Origin: Marsupella aquatica
Taxonomy: Eukaryota > Plantae > Marchantiophyta
Length of the DNA: 64,000 nucleotides
Reading direction: 5' to 3'
NCBI GenBank assembly: GCA_973895155.1
Contig: OZ316896.1
Location: 21,905,722-21,969,721 of the forward strand
Position 1 is the first letter of the stretch; each line of letters starts with the position of its first letter. This document shows positions 1 through 12,553 of this stretch, piece after piece. The notes beneath the pieces were generated by a model. It saw only the letters and a program-made list of their open reading frames with translations. It was not told the origin of the DNA and did not search any database. A program made the position numbers and the translations under genes.

Positions 1-658
1 CATAAATGCCAATCAAGGAGAAAAATTGGTGGAGACAGAGATAACATACTCCATAGTAGCATGGAACCAACAGAGCCAGCAGGCACCCAATGCTGTTTCC
101 CATATATACCAAGAGAGTTTGTTCTGTGTCCACTGCCCATCCCTCTGAAGAGCTGTTGCACCCATTCCATCATTGTCCGCTACTGGGTGCCCATCCTGAT
201 TTCTCATGGAAGCCATCTTGCTCACTGTGCCACAAAATCTATTTTAATTGCCTTCTACTGGACATCTTCAGAGCACAACATTGAGAGCAATAGAAAGGAT
301 GCCCGCATTCTCTCACCTAAAAGAGTTGGACAACAAGTTCTCAGTGTTCACTGCCAATTTGCCAAGACAATCAAGCAGAGAATGTGGAGCAATTGACACA
401 GCAAACGACAGACAGAATGGGTTGTTAGTGTTGTACCTACATTGGGTCCTCCTAATGTGCATGCCCATTCTCTCACCACCAAAAAATGATCTCTTACCCA
501 GATTGGACAGCAAGCTTGACAATGGAGGCTGATAGTCAAATGGGCTTGACGAACACTTTTCAGTTGTTATTATTTGAATTTTGATTTATTCTGTGAAAGT
601 CTTCCCCTTGTTTTCATCCATGTGATATTTAGATGTAAGCCCTTATAAATTATAAACT

Positions 659-680
659 CCCCCCCCCCCCCCCCCCCCCC
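659..680. repeat. poly-C homopolymer (22 nt)
   Basis: Uninterrupted C run, which is a G-tract on the minus strand. Confidence 0.9.
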
Positions 681-2719
681 ACAATCAAGAAATCACAGAA
701 ACTTGTGTGAGGGGAGATTTAGATGCTACACCTTTTGACTTACAATGCACACCATTGAGATAATTTGGAAGCTTTGTCAATTATAAATGCACGCTATTGT
801 GATAATTTAGAAGCTTTGTAATGGAGATATTAATGTCAAACTTGGCTCTTGCCAAAAAGTCAAAAACTATTCGAGAGGAGAAGGGTGTCAATGAACGAAG
901 ATAACAATAAAGATGTATTGACTTATTACTCCTCACTTGTTGGCATGTTTATTACTTCCCACATGCAGCATCAATTGTCATTGTTTCCAAGGACAGAGTT
1001 CTGCCTAAACACTAATACATCGAATTGAAAAAAAAACAAAACGTATCGTCAATTTTAAGAATAACTTTTCAAACTCAGCTCATTAAGACAATATACAATA
1101 ATTTTCTTTTGAGTTTTGCTAGAGGACAATATTTTGATACAGGTCTCGCTTACACATTAATATTATGAATATAAAAACTTATTGTCATCATTAACTATCT
1201 TAAAATTCAGCTCATACGATGAAAGAACTTAAACTTTAGATTACTAGAGGACAATAATTTAGCACAAGATAAAATGACAAGTTAGGGTGGTTAAATAGAT
1301 GTTGGGGGGCATTAAATTGGATAGAATAGTGAGTGGAAACGGGCTTTCATGTATGGTGTCTTCCTATTCTACATGGCAATCAATGAGCCCAAGAAAATTT
1401 GACTACAGTAGAAGCTTAGACCAAGGGTTGCAAACCTTTCAAAAGGTTGCCGCATTTATTTAAGGGACTGCCAAATTTTATTCAAAAGATTTTTGGTAAG
1501 CTGTCTACTATCTGCTTTGGTGAAAGATAGTCACAATTGCCTCACTTCTTGTAAAGTCACCCGTATAGCTGTTTTGCATATGTAGGCTGCCCTTAGATTT
1601 GCAGCCCTGATGGGAATGTACATCATATGTGCAGGGAGAATTTAATTCCTGAAGTCCCTCATTAGGCAAGCTTCAGTACAATTCTCAAGTGGAGACTAGG
1701 GGACAAAGGCTAGAACCTTTCACCTTTCCGTGGTCCCAACCTCTGAAACAAGTTTGTTTTGCATCTTGCATGTAGTACTCAATTTCCCCAAAGTGTCCTG
1801 CTAGATGCACCTATGTGTCCTTGGGCCAGACACCTTGAACTGCGCAAGTGTAAAAGCAAATCAATTTGTTTTATTCAGGTTTAGCCTGTTGGGACCCCAA
1901 TGGCAATTTGGCATTTGGTCTCCACTTTAACTGTTGTAAAGTCTAGCTACTGGGGGCGGCTCGAGGCATGAAATTCTCCTTGTATAATATCATGCTAGAC
2001 ATTCTTTTTAGGGTAACTGAGGGCCACCCTTAGATTCATCATGAGCCTGATTTGTATTTGCTGAATATAAAATCATCTGAAGATGTAAGGAAAATCTGTC
2101 GGTGTACGTCAAGCAACACTTGTTAAAAAGTGCCCCAAATTAGCTAGATTCCACCTCTCTAAAACCAGTCTACTGTGCATAAGTGCACCGTGGGTAACTG
2201 CAGGCAGGTTGTGTAGCCCCCTAATATTACCCCTTTCCTTTGTAAGTGCACAAAAAATGCAGTCTGTCAGTCAAGCTGATGCCAATAAACAACAAATACA
2301 CAAGTGCATTTCAGTCTATAGAGTGTGTTTATCACTGGAACACATAAGTTCAAAGCACATCTTGATAAGTGCAATTGACAACTACATACAGTAGTTTCAT
2401 GCAATTATCCAGTTGACTTGTGTAGTATAAAGGTTAAGTGTATGAGTAGTCCAACGGAATGACCTAACAACACATACTAGGAAGTGCATGATTGATTTCA
2501 TATGCTCATCGTGGATAATGCAGCATGCACTTAGTGGATAATGCAGCACGCACTTAGGGGATAGTGGGGCATGCAAGTTTGCATAAATGATATCTCATGC
2601 ACTTATGACATATTGTAGATTTATTGTGTCTTCCTAGTAGCGCACATATGAGAAAGAGCAGAAATGATTTCAGATGCACTTACTGTATGGCATACTGCAG
2701 TATGCACATATGCATAAAT

Positions 2720-2966
2720 GATATTCCATGCACTTATGACACATTGCATAATGTGTATTTGTTGTGCCTTCCCAGGAGGTGCACTTATACATGGTGGACT
2801 TTGATATTCCATGCACTTATGACACATTGCATAATGTGTATTTGTTGTGCCTTCCCAGGAGGTGCACTTATACAGGGTAGACTTTGATATTCCATGCACT
2901 TATGACACATTGCATAATGTGTATTTGTTGTGCCTTCCCAGGAGGTGCACTTATACAGGGTGGACT
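2720..2966. repeat. 83-bp tandem repeat, 3 near-identical copies
   Basis: The unit GATATTCCATGCACTTATGACACATTGCATAATGTG... starts at 2720, 2803 and 2886. Confidence 0.9.
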
Positions 2967-3149
2967 GGAAGCGAAGCTTGACGAGAGTTAGTTCAGTGTC
3001 CAGTCCACAGCCGTATGACCACTCTGATCATAATTCCTCATCCCCGATCCCGATTCCGCTCCCGATCAATCCGCCGTGACAGTTCGTCGTGCCATCTTCA
3101 GCTTTGGGATTCTTTCACAACGCGCTCCAGATCGGAATCTGTGCTGTGA

Positions 3150-3790
3150 CTTGAGAGCAAGTGGGCAGAAAGATCGTGCTTCCGCTTTCGAGCTTTCGAG
3201 CCAAAAGGGAACAGTAATGTGCATCGTGACTTTGACGCGGCATTGATCAATCCTTTGACCCCCAATTTCTTTTCTTTCTTTGGAAACGAGTTTGGATGGA
3301 TTACCGCGCGACCTCCAGATTGTTTTGCCTTGAACCATTTTTTAAGGAATTGCATTCAGCACTGTTCGCTTTCACTCTTTCGAGCTTTCTGACCAGAAGC
3401 TATCGAGCTTTACGCTTTCGAGCTTTCCGACCAAAAGCTAACAGGATGGTGCATCGTGGCTTTGACGGGCAGAGATACCTTAGTCATTGTATTGATCGAT
3501 CCGTTGACCCCCAATTTCTTTCATTCTTTGGGAACGAATTTTGGATACATTGCCGCGACCTCCAATTGTTTTGTTTTGGTTCCGTTCAGTGACAAATGAC
3601 CCCTAGATGTTTTTGCCTAGAACGATTTGGCTTTCATCAGTAAGATGGATCGTAGCTTTGACGAGCAGAGAAATGGTACTCATTGGTTTGACCACTCCTT
3701 TGACCCCCAATTTCTTTCTTTCCTTTGGATCGAATTCGCTTAGAGTACCGCGACCCGCAATTGTTTTTGTTTTGGTTCAGCTCGGTTCCG
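3150..3790. repeat. degenerate tandem repeat, about 200-250 bp unit, 3 copies
   Basis: The core TTGACCCCCAATTTCTTTC...CCGCGACC...TTGTTTT recurs near 3254, 3504 and 3700. Confidence 0.7.
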
Positions 3791-4813
3791 CTCGATGAGT
3801 GATACATGACTCCGAATGGTTTTGCCCAAAACGATTTCAACAATTCCATTCAGCGCGGGGAGCCCAAAGCGGGAGCCCTCGGGGATGTGATGAGCGCCCA
3901 AGGCAAGCCAAGCGACTGTAGAAGTGAGTGGATGTGACACAGAATGATCACGAGCAAATCATGATCGGTGAACCCCTTCTGAAAGGAATTTTCCAGCTTG
4001 CTTGTCTTTCAGTCTTGAGGTTTCCTTGTTCACCCAGAGGCAAAGCAACTCTGGCTTGCTTGTCTTCTAGTCGAGATTTTATTGTTCACCTACAGGCGAG
4101 CAACTCTGGCCTGCTCGTTGGGCCACATTAATTACGTTCGTTTGTACGGAGCCAAAAGTATTAGCTACTGCGCATCCAGTGGGCCCTGTCAGGGTATCCA
4201 AGACGGATAAGTGGAACTGTGGAAGGAGCTGGAGGTCACAACAACCCACGTTCTAGGTCCTGCAGAATTCTGTCATCACCATCATAATGGTTCTGCGTAG
4301 TAATATCGTTTCTGATGGTACTCATACTTTCGGATCCTATGACAAGAAGCTGACCCGGTCTTGTTTCGATCGCGTCTCATCATTCTGAGAAACGATTTCT
4401 TCCACATGGGATCCGACTTTTGCCTTGAAACACTTTCGCTCGATCGTTTGCGTTAAGAGAAACAGCACACAGTGCATGGTAGCTCGCAAGGCGCGGCATA
4501 AATCGGAGGACCGTGTGATCGGCGTGCAAGGACGGCGCTCGACATTTGCGTTCTGGCCGGTCAGTCGTTTTTTCTTGTATCTTGTCCGCAATCTGGCTTA
4601 CGAATCGTCTTGTGCTGTCTGTTTCCGTGTGACTCTTGTTAGAAATGGGCCACCGTCCACTAACGCTAATTAAGACCAGGAGGTGCGCTATGCTGCAGAT
4701 AGGGCATACATCTCCAATAGCTGCTAGGCGCCCACCATCTCAAATAGTTATGAGGGAATTGAGTCATTCTAAATTGAGTTATTCTAATTTGACTTGACCA
4801 GGAGGAAACTTTG

Positions 4814-6500
4814 TCACTCCATGTAGAAAGCCTCATCATTCTCGATGAAACATTCCACTTTCTTGGGTTCCTGGGAATCCTTTAAGTCTAGTTTCTGTCT
4901 TACCAACACTGTGGGATTCGATGACGAGCTCCGATGATGAGTCCAGTTTCCGACTTTTAGATGCCCAAGTCGAACACACTGGAAGCATTTGTTTGGGCTC
5001 AGCAAGTCATTTCATGGTATCTTTTCTCTTTTGCGTTTCGTTTCGACACTTCGGGATCCTATGACGAGGATTGGATTCCAGTGAAGAGTTTGTGCTCAGA
5101 TCAATTCCCCACACAAGCAGATAGACTTCCTGATATCACACTGTCGTCTCTCTGCCCCCCCGCAAGCTGATTGACTTCCTTCACTACATTGTCGTATCTG
5201 TTTCCAGCCTCCTACGTTTTCAATAACGTAGAGCCCGAAGCTCCATGCAATGGGCTCCGGTATCTGAGGTGGATAGACGTGCTTGTCATACAAAATTGTC
5301 TAAAAAGTTTGAGCCCATAGAAACTCGCACAGAAGAAAACAAAGTAGTAAAATCATACTCTCTTCATGAACTAGGGAAACTGCAACCTCTCGAAGATGTC
5401 TGTGATTTGATCCAACTGGCTGGGCCATGCCATGAACAAACACACTAATTCTCAATTCTCTAGAGTGGCAACCCCTACATTTCAAATACTGAGTGCTCCC
5501 ACAACGATATTTAAGGGCTGATCATGATCCGTTCTTCGTGGCCATTGAAGTCTCGCCACCTGCTTTGCCTGCCACTCATCTGTTCATCACATCTTCGAGT
5601 GTACATCACTCTATAGATGTTGATTTCTTGGTTGATTGTTGCGACGCCACAGAATCAGAATGGTTGCAGATTCTGATGCTGAAGAAACGCTGCAAGGTAG
5701 GAGAATGGTGCTGATGGTGGGATCAAATACTTTTGTCAATTCAACTCCAGTTGACCGGCATTCGATTCCAATTGAGTTTCCGATTACGAGAAGTCGAGGT
5801 AAAACACAACTTCTGGCTCTGTAACATTGACGGTCTAGAATTGACTACCTCGAGGGCTGACAACAAAGACCACATTGCGCGTTTTGGTGTCCAAGACGGA
5901 TTGAGGTGCTTGTGGTGTCAAATAGTCTACTGTCTTTGCTACGGCCCCGTCATCCATTCTGAGCAGCTTCGCGGATTGGAGTGGTAAAGAACTCTTTGGC
6001 TTGGTCTTTCGGTTTCGCAGGGGTACTGTAGTGCTCACATCTGCTACCAAATTCTTGTCGGAGAGAAGGGATTAATTCACGAGGAAGGTTTGTTCTGAGA
6101 CCAGGAGAAGCTTCTTCTGGGAAGTGAGGCCAAACGCTCGAGACATTCGTGGGCAGCTTCGAGCTATGGAAGTATTGGAAATAATGATCGACTTTGGAAA
6201 TTCTTCCGTGCTCGGTTCCTCGCTGATGATCACGCGTCCCTGATCATCGAGGTGACAGGATAGAGGAACTCCTTGTAATCTTCAAGACTTTGAAAATCAT
6301 CACACAAGTTCCTTGTTCCCGATTTCATCACTTCTTCATGGAAATCTTTCTGGGTAACAAAACAGTGGTGGGTCAAACATTGCGCACTCATCACAACCAT
6401 TCGCAGAGATACAAACACTTGCAAAACTCTCTTCATTGTAATACATGGTTGGAAACAAGCTGCGTAACCAAATGTATCAGGAGAAGTTCAACTATCTGAT
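4814..6500 (-). pseudogene. decayed coding sequence, possibly a DNA-transposon transposase remnant
   Basis: Chain of short same-strand ORFs broken by stops and frameshifts (6436-6230, 6050-5835, 5485-5300, 5293-5096, 5005-4814). The last carries a partial zinc knuckle, KCFQCVRLGH. Family not recognised. Confidence 0.25.
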
Positions 6501-7255
6501 TATCTCATTGTGCATGAAACCTTGAAGAGAGCAACTGATGATAGAAAAGCCTATAGGTACCGATCTCCTGGCGTCCGGGAAACTATTGTAACTGCGAACG
6601 AACCGAAGCATAAAAAAGCAGGATTCGATGGTCCGACAGACGCAACAAGAAAGATGGAACGGCCTCGGCGATCACATCCTCAGCTCCAGGGGTTTTACCG
6701 CAACGCTGAAGGTGTCACAACAGACAGATGACAGCAAGGTCCCGTTTGTTTTAATTGTGCACAGTACTTCGAAAATCGAAACACGGCCGCGCAGCGACGA
6801 AGGAAACAAAAACACACATCTGAACCGAAGGCAAATGACAATTTTCAGTGTGGACATTTAAGTTACAAGACTTCGAGCTCCCAAAAATTGTCCTCAGAAT
6901 CAGCTTAAGCGAAAAACTTAGCTGACTCCAACTCCATTGGAAAGCTCCTGTTTACTCCTAAAGACAATCGGAAGAGTAGAGTCTTCTCAAGAATGGCAAT
7001 GAACATCCGCTTTTTCTATAACTTGGCTGATCTTCCCTCTCCACTGAAAAGGAAGACGGCGATCAATGACAGCAATCGATTGCGCTATCCCTTGATTGGA
7101 TTGAGCATTAATAAATGACATGATGCCGAACATATGGTGCGAAGATGACCGTCTCTTCCACACGACGAATGCTACGAATGTTGATTTCAGAAAATTGGCC
7201 GCTGCTTTTTGGGACCTCACTTGGAACGGTGGATTTTTTAATAACGATAAAGCCA

Positions 7256-8728
7256 TCACTCTGAGATCCGCAAAGAGTTCTTCTCGGAGACAATCCGGGT
7301 TTTCGCCATCGAGGTCTGTAGTGTCCTCACCGCAAATATGGATACTCCGGGGCAATTCTGCACGTCGAGAGTCTTGAACGAGACCAGATGATCCCGTCTC
7401 GAAACAAGATGCTGCAATCCTGCATCGGTAACCCTTCGGCAACAAGCCATGCAGAGATTTCTCAATTTGGACGACACTGTATTAGAGCTTATCAGGGCCT
7501 CTATTCCAGCGTCACCCACATTTGTTCCTGCCAGAGATACATCCTGTAGGTTAGCTCCCACACGAGCCAGTGCCCGGGCGCTGTCGTCGGAAATTCCAGG
7601 GCACGAAGTGACCACCAATCTGTGCAAGCTACGAGCACACGTCAAATTGATGTGTTGTAGACCACCATCCGAGAGCAGAGGACAGTTTGTAAGATTCAGA
7701 GACCGAAGGTTAGGAAGGCGCTCTGTCAGTGCTTGCAGAAACGCATCCGTCACTGCTAGGGTGTTAGACAATTTCAATGTTCGCAATCTAAGGGGAGAAC
7801 ACACCAAAATCGTGTTCGGATCCCAGTCATGAGAGACCCCTAAAGCGCTGAGGCAGAGGGTCCGTAAATTAGGGCAACCTCTCAAAACGGAGAAGATAGT
7901 AGCGGGGGTCACATTGGGGCATCCATAAACCTCTAGCTCCTCCAGTACAGGAGCTTTCTTATCGACGTTCCTGAAAGTCAGTTTGGGAACCATCGATAGG
8001 TGGATGGAACGGAGGCTGGAGCATCCGCCCAATATGACATCCAAACTAGGGTCGTCCATCGAGTTACATGAGTCCAATCGAATGGTCTTCAAATTCGACA
8101 CAAATGCCGCAATCAGTTGGTATCCTCGAACGGAAACATGAGTACAATCCTTAATTTCCAGCGTGTGAGTATGTCGCCTGCAGGAATTGAGAAGATGCAT
8201 CGAAAGCTTCCATTCCGAGTCAATCTTCGTCAGTTTCAGCGTCTGACTAGTGCCATTGCAGAGAGGCTTTTTGCCTGCCCTCGCTTTCTTTTTCAATCTA
8301 GTGCAAGGATACTGACCAGAGATATGATTGCTCCGCTTCAGCAACTGATTGCGCGCTAGCAGAACATACCATCGCTTGCACACTTTGGCCGCCTCCCAGC
8401 AATGAACCGGACGCCACACATATTTGAAAATGGACAACAGAATCTCGTCGGGAAATGTATCGTTAAAATCTCTATCCTGCGACCTGTCTTCGGGTTCATT
8501 GAGCGACAACTCTGCCACCCGAGGAGGCAAACTGCCATTGAACCCTTCTTCCCCTGCGTTGCCTGCCACCACAATCTCACACCCGTCCACTACCACAACT
8601 CCTGGATGTACCTGAGTTATTGATTCATCAAGTGCAGAAGGACGCTCAATCGGTTCACTAATCAAACTTCCCGAGTCGGATGTTTTTGATTTGCTCATCT
8701 TTGCTGTAGTCAATTTCCTTCTCTTCAT
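7256..8728 (-). CDS. F-box/LRR-repeat protein (cysteine-containing LRRs), 490 aa, intronless
   Basis: F-box motif FPDEILLSIFKYV...AAKVCKRWYVLL, then repeated LxxLxLxxCxxVTDxGL-type units (LPNLRSLNLTNCPLLSDGGL, LRNLCMACCRRVTDAGL). Basic N-terminus MKRRK. Confidence 0.9.
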   Translation of the reverse strand: MKRRKLTTAKMSKSKTSDSGSLISEPIERPSALDESITQVHPGVVVVDGCEIVVAGNAGEEGFNGSLPPRVAELSLNEPEDRSQDRDFNDTFPDEILLSIFKYVWRPVHCWEAAKVCKRWYVLLARNQLLKRSNHISGQYPCTRLKKKARAGKKPLCNGTSQTLKLTKIDSEWKLSMHLLNSCRRHTHTLEIKDCTHVSVRGYQLIAAFVSNLKTIRLDSCNSMDDPSLDVILGGCSSLRSIHLSMVPKLTFRNVDKKAPVLEELEVYGCPNVTPATIFSVLRGCPNLRTLCLSALGVSHDWDPNTILVCSPLRLRTLKLSNTLAVTDAFLQALTERLPNLRSLNLTNCPLLSDGGLQHINLTCARSLHRLVVTSCPGISDDSARALARVGANLQDVSLAGTNVGDAGIEALISSNTVSSKLRNLCMACCRRVTDAGLQHLVSRRDHLVSFKTLDVQNCPGVSIFAVRTLQTSMAKTRIVSEKNSLRISE

Positions 8729-10533
8729 GTCGCGTTAAACGATGTTCCGGGAGATGTCGCCTGTTGCGGAAAACCACCCCCGCTGCTGTCAGTCCACGGC
8801 AAGCGAAAGCTTCAAACACTTCATATCAATTCCAGCCTCCAAACCAAAATTGCTCCCGACGAGAGGATGAGATTCTACGTCACGCAGGTGCCCCGAGCGC
8901 CTGATTTCAGGCCACAATTGCAGTAAACCCTGACACTCCAACAGAGAATCAGTGGCCTGCCCTAGGTTTCAGTTCGTCAAGACATTACACCTCATAAACA
9001 ACGTAACTTCAAAATCGGCGACAACTACTAACTCGAAAAGAATAGTAACACAAACGCACAACGCAGGATCCCGGTAACCCAGTGCGGCAACAATCAATCA
9101 ATAACTAGAAATGATAAGACCAGTGACCAAATCGAGAAAGCATCGCCGCCGCAACTACAACAGGCTCGGAAGGAAGAACGTCACGCATCAAGAAACGCAG
9201 AGCAGACCGAATACCAAAATACAGAGCGCGCCTTCTTCCTTCGCCATAACGCAACTCAATTCTACCAAGAAGGAATGGAATCCCGAATCTTTAGATCTGC
9301 ACCATTAATAGCTTATTTGGACGGTTGCAATCAACCTATCCCTTGATTCGCGGATTCTACTACACTGGTAGCGCAATGGTCTGCGGTCCCTGCGGAAGTA
9401 CACGAAATTGTACTGGTGAAAATCTTTCGACCTATACAGCAGCCAAGAAGGACATTATTTGCATTTATTGAATCAAGGCACGCTTGAAAATGACAGTCGC
9501 TACGACGGCGTTTTTATTATTAGTGCTGACCGTGCCGAGCGCCGGTACATTCAAGGGGACTGCCGTTCAATTTCCACAACATGATTACGGTACGAATCCC
9601 AGACGTGCTACAGTTTGATTGGTTACCTAGTCGGCCAAGCTCTTCACGATCCAGAAACGAGCTCCCTACAAACAAAGACAAAATCGGTAGGCTTGAAGCT
9701 TTTTTTCATGATCGAATGAAAGCTTCCATCAAACTTTGAACCATCCAAATGGCCTGATCAAACAGTCTGCGGAAAGAAATTTTACAGGCTATTCTTCCTT
9801 TTCCAAATTTTCCGACTCATTATCATGCTACCGCGTCATCGAACACATTCTATGATTTTACTGGTTAATCAATGTATTTCATAGAAGGAGCTTGTGAAAA
9901 GATTACAGCTGCTTCGATCCTTTCTTTCATCAAATACCGGAGGTCAAGCACATAGCAGCGAATCCGAAAGTCCTGCCTGCGGGGAAATAAATCAAAATAA
10001 ACTGACGGTATGCAGGGCCGCCTCTCAGCACCTCTCTCTGTCAATCAACTTTGGGATCATCACTGTCGCATCCATCAGTCACTATTATCATTGTCTGTAC
10101 AACACTAGCTGCGCTCCGAAATTTCGGTGGAAGAAGATAATCTGATCGTGTTCTCCTATTCCAGTCTCCTTGAAGACAAGCGGGATAATCTGAATTTCGA
10201 GACCTGATCCAGTTCACTTATTCCAGTCTCCCTGCACATAAAGCGGGATAATCTGAAATTCGAGAACTGATCGACTCTCATGTAATTGTTCGTCAAGTTG
10301 ATAGAATGCAGGAGTTCATGCAATTAACGAGCATTGCGATTCTTCGTCAGTTGTTTCCCGACAGACTTTAGGCCAGAATTGTCTGAAAGACTGATATTTA
10401 CAGCTCAGAGGTCGCTGACTCTCTCGATTTTCAGGATTGATTGGCAAGACGGAACGTTGTTGCACGCTCAAATTGCATACGCAAGAGCAACATATCGATC
10501 CTGACGTTAATAAACGCATGCACGTATTCCACG

Positions 10534-11262
10534 ATGTCAACTTCCGCTCGTAAACGGCATCGAGCAGTTGCTGCAGCTGCAGCTGTTGACGAGAGGAATT
10601 CGTGGCTCAGTACTGAAATCCAACGTTGTCAATATCCGGGATGCATGAAATTTCAATATGACCGTATCCCAGAGAGGAAATTCTGCGGTCTATGGCACCG
10701 TGACCTCTATATGAGCAAACTGGCGAACAGCCGGAGCTCTTCACCAACGCCAGCTCCAGGTCAAGAGCTTTTCACCATCAGCTGCTTGGCAGCTATCGAG
10801 CTGGTGGAAGGCAATAATCCGAAGTGTATGCTGCCGGAATGTACAAAGAGCGCTTCCAGAGATCCAAACACTGGTCAGCATTTCGAGTTTTGTTCTATGA
10901 AAGACACGTTAAAAATGGTGGAGAGGATGACGACGGTTTGGAGTCTGCAAGGTAGATTATGCAGACTCGAAGACTGCTGCCAACATGTCCATGTGGAAGA
11001 CGATGGAAGATGCCGCGACTATTGTGGTAGGACTCATGCCAAACTTGCAGCTGCAAGGAAAGGGGCAATGGTGAGACAGGAGGCGGCATCAGCAGCTGCA
11101 TCTAATCTTGAGGCGGTTCAGAACACGAGCGGAGCTGATAATCGTGTCAACAGCAACGTCCACGACGAGAGGGACGAGCGAGGGAGCCAAAACTCCGGAC
11201 AGCAGGTATTCATTATGAAGCGGGAAGCTCAAGCAGAATTCTTTGCGGGGATTTGGTTCTAA
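10534..11262 (+). CDS. uncharacterised protein with three C-x4-C-x(12-15)-[FY]C-x3-H putative zinc-binding repeats
   Basis: Open frame 10441-11262 with first ATG at 10534 (MSTSARKRHR). Repeats are CQYPGC..FCGLWH, CMLPEC..FCSMKD and CRLEDC..YCGRTH. Confidence 0.65.
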   Translation: MSTSARKRHRAVAAAAAVDERNSWLSTEIQRCQYPGCMKFQYDRIPERKFCGLWHRDLYMSKLANSRSSSPTPAPGQELFTISCLAAIELVEGNNPKCMLPECTKSASRDPNTGQHFEFCSMKDTLKMVERMTTVWSLQGRLCRLEDCCQHVHVEDDGRCRDYCGRTHAKLAAARKGAMVRQEAASAAASNLEAVQNTSGADNRVNSNVHDERDERGSQNSGQQVFIMKREAQAEFFAGIWF

Positions 11263-12553
11263 TAAAAGATAGTCGCTTGAGTGCCTTTGCTTGTTAGTGT
11301 TGACAAAATTGCCGCTCACACTCGGGTTTGGAAAAAATTAATAGTGTTGAGAATCTCAGGTCCATAGAACTAGAAACTTAATAATCAGACGGTCTTCAAT
11401 TCACCATTTGCTACATGAAAGAATTAGCCGCGGAATTCGAAAGGAACCCTTTTACCTCTCCTGATACAGATTGGATTTGATTAATTAGTCCAGCATGTCT
11501 ATGCCATATAAGGAGGGACTTAGCTGCAGAGTTCCACGGATCTCTTTCTCCTCGACCGCAAGAGGTGAGACAGCATTGATAAATGCTTCCGCTCGCCAAT
11601 TTCACATAAGGTAAAACTGCCTGCATTTAAAGTCTTGTGCAGAAGTGGACGAGAAGAACACAAAGCGAATCTGCAGAATAGAGCTTTCTAGGTGTCAGCT
11701 TAATTCCCATTAGGAATTGTTAAGGAAGTGACAATAAGAATCCGCAGTATTGAATTTATTTCTTTCGCTTGGATTTGCGTTTCTCAAAAATATTTCCTCG
11801 ATCATTGTGAAATGTCTGTCTATTACCTCAAATATAACAAAACAATGATTCTCAATGTTCTTACTTCCATGCGGAATGACCATTTCACTTATGGATCCAG
11901 AGCATAGCTGGAAGCCGTGTCACAGATCATGATTTACGCGGTAGGACAAGTTTTCCAGGGTTTCCAACAAACAATACCGACCACAGACCTGCGTCACTCA
12001 TCTTTGGGAACGTAGTCGCTCGGATTAGTCTGTGTCACACTATATTTCGATAGCTCCTCATTTCTCTCCACGGCCTGTTTACCCTGATGATCCCATTACG
12101 CTACATTACATTCATTCGTTCGTTCGTTCGTTCGTTCGTTTTTCCAATCTCATGGCATGGCTGTCGAAGTTTCCGGGCTACTGGCGCCTTTTCTATCGGG
12201 TGGCTCGGCAATATGAAATTGATCAATATGGACTTGTTCCATGTTCATTGCAGTTTCATTTATGTTGCAGCAGGCAGCCTAGGCTTGTTCGTTGGAGTCG
12301 AACCGGAGAATGCCGTCTACATAGGTGTTGGGTTCACAACTAAGATTCCAATGCATTCGTGGCATATCAATAGCCTGGTGCAATGTGTTCCCTGAAGGCT
12401 GTGAACAATGCGCTACCGGGCAATCAATCATAGCCTGCGATTTTTGTGAAAGCCTGCAGCCTCTCACAAAATTGATGCAGGGTGTGTATAGCTGCAGAAG
12501 TTGTCAAACCAGCATGTCCATGTCTCTCTCAATCTTTCCAAACTTGGAGCCTT

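Noticed and set aside
6987-7832. ORFs 6987-7445 (-) and 7449-7832 (+) overlapping the F-box gene
   Set aside because: Alternative-frame or antisense shadows of the F-box/LRR CDS.
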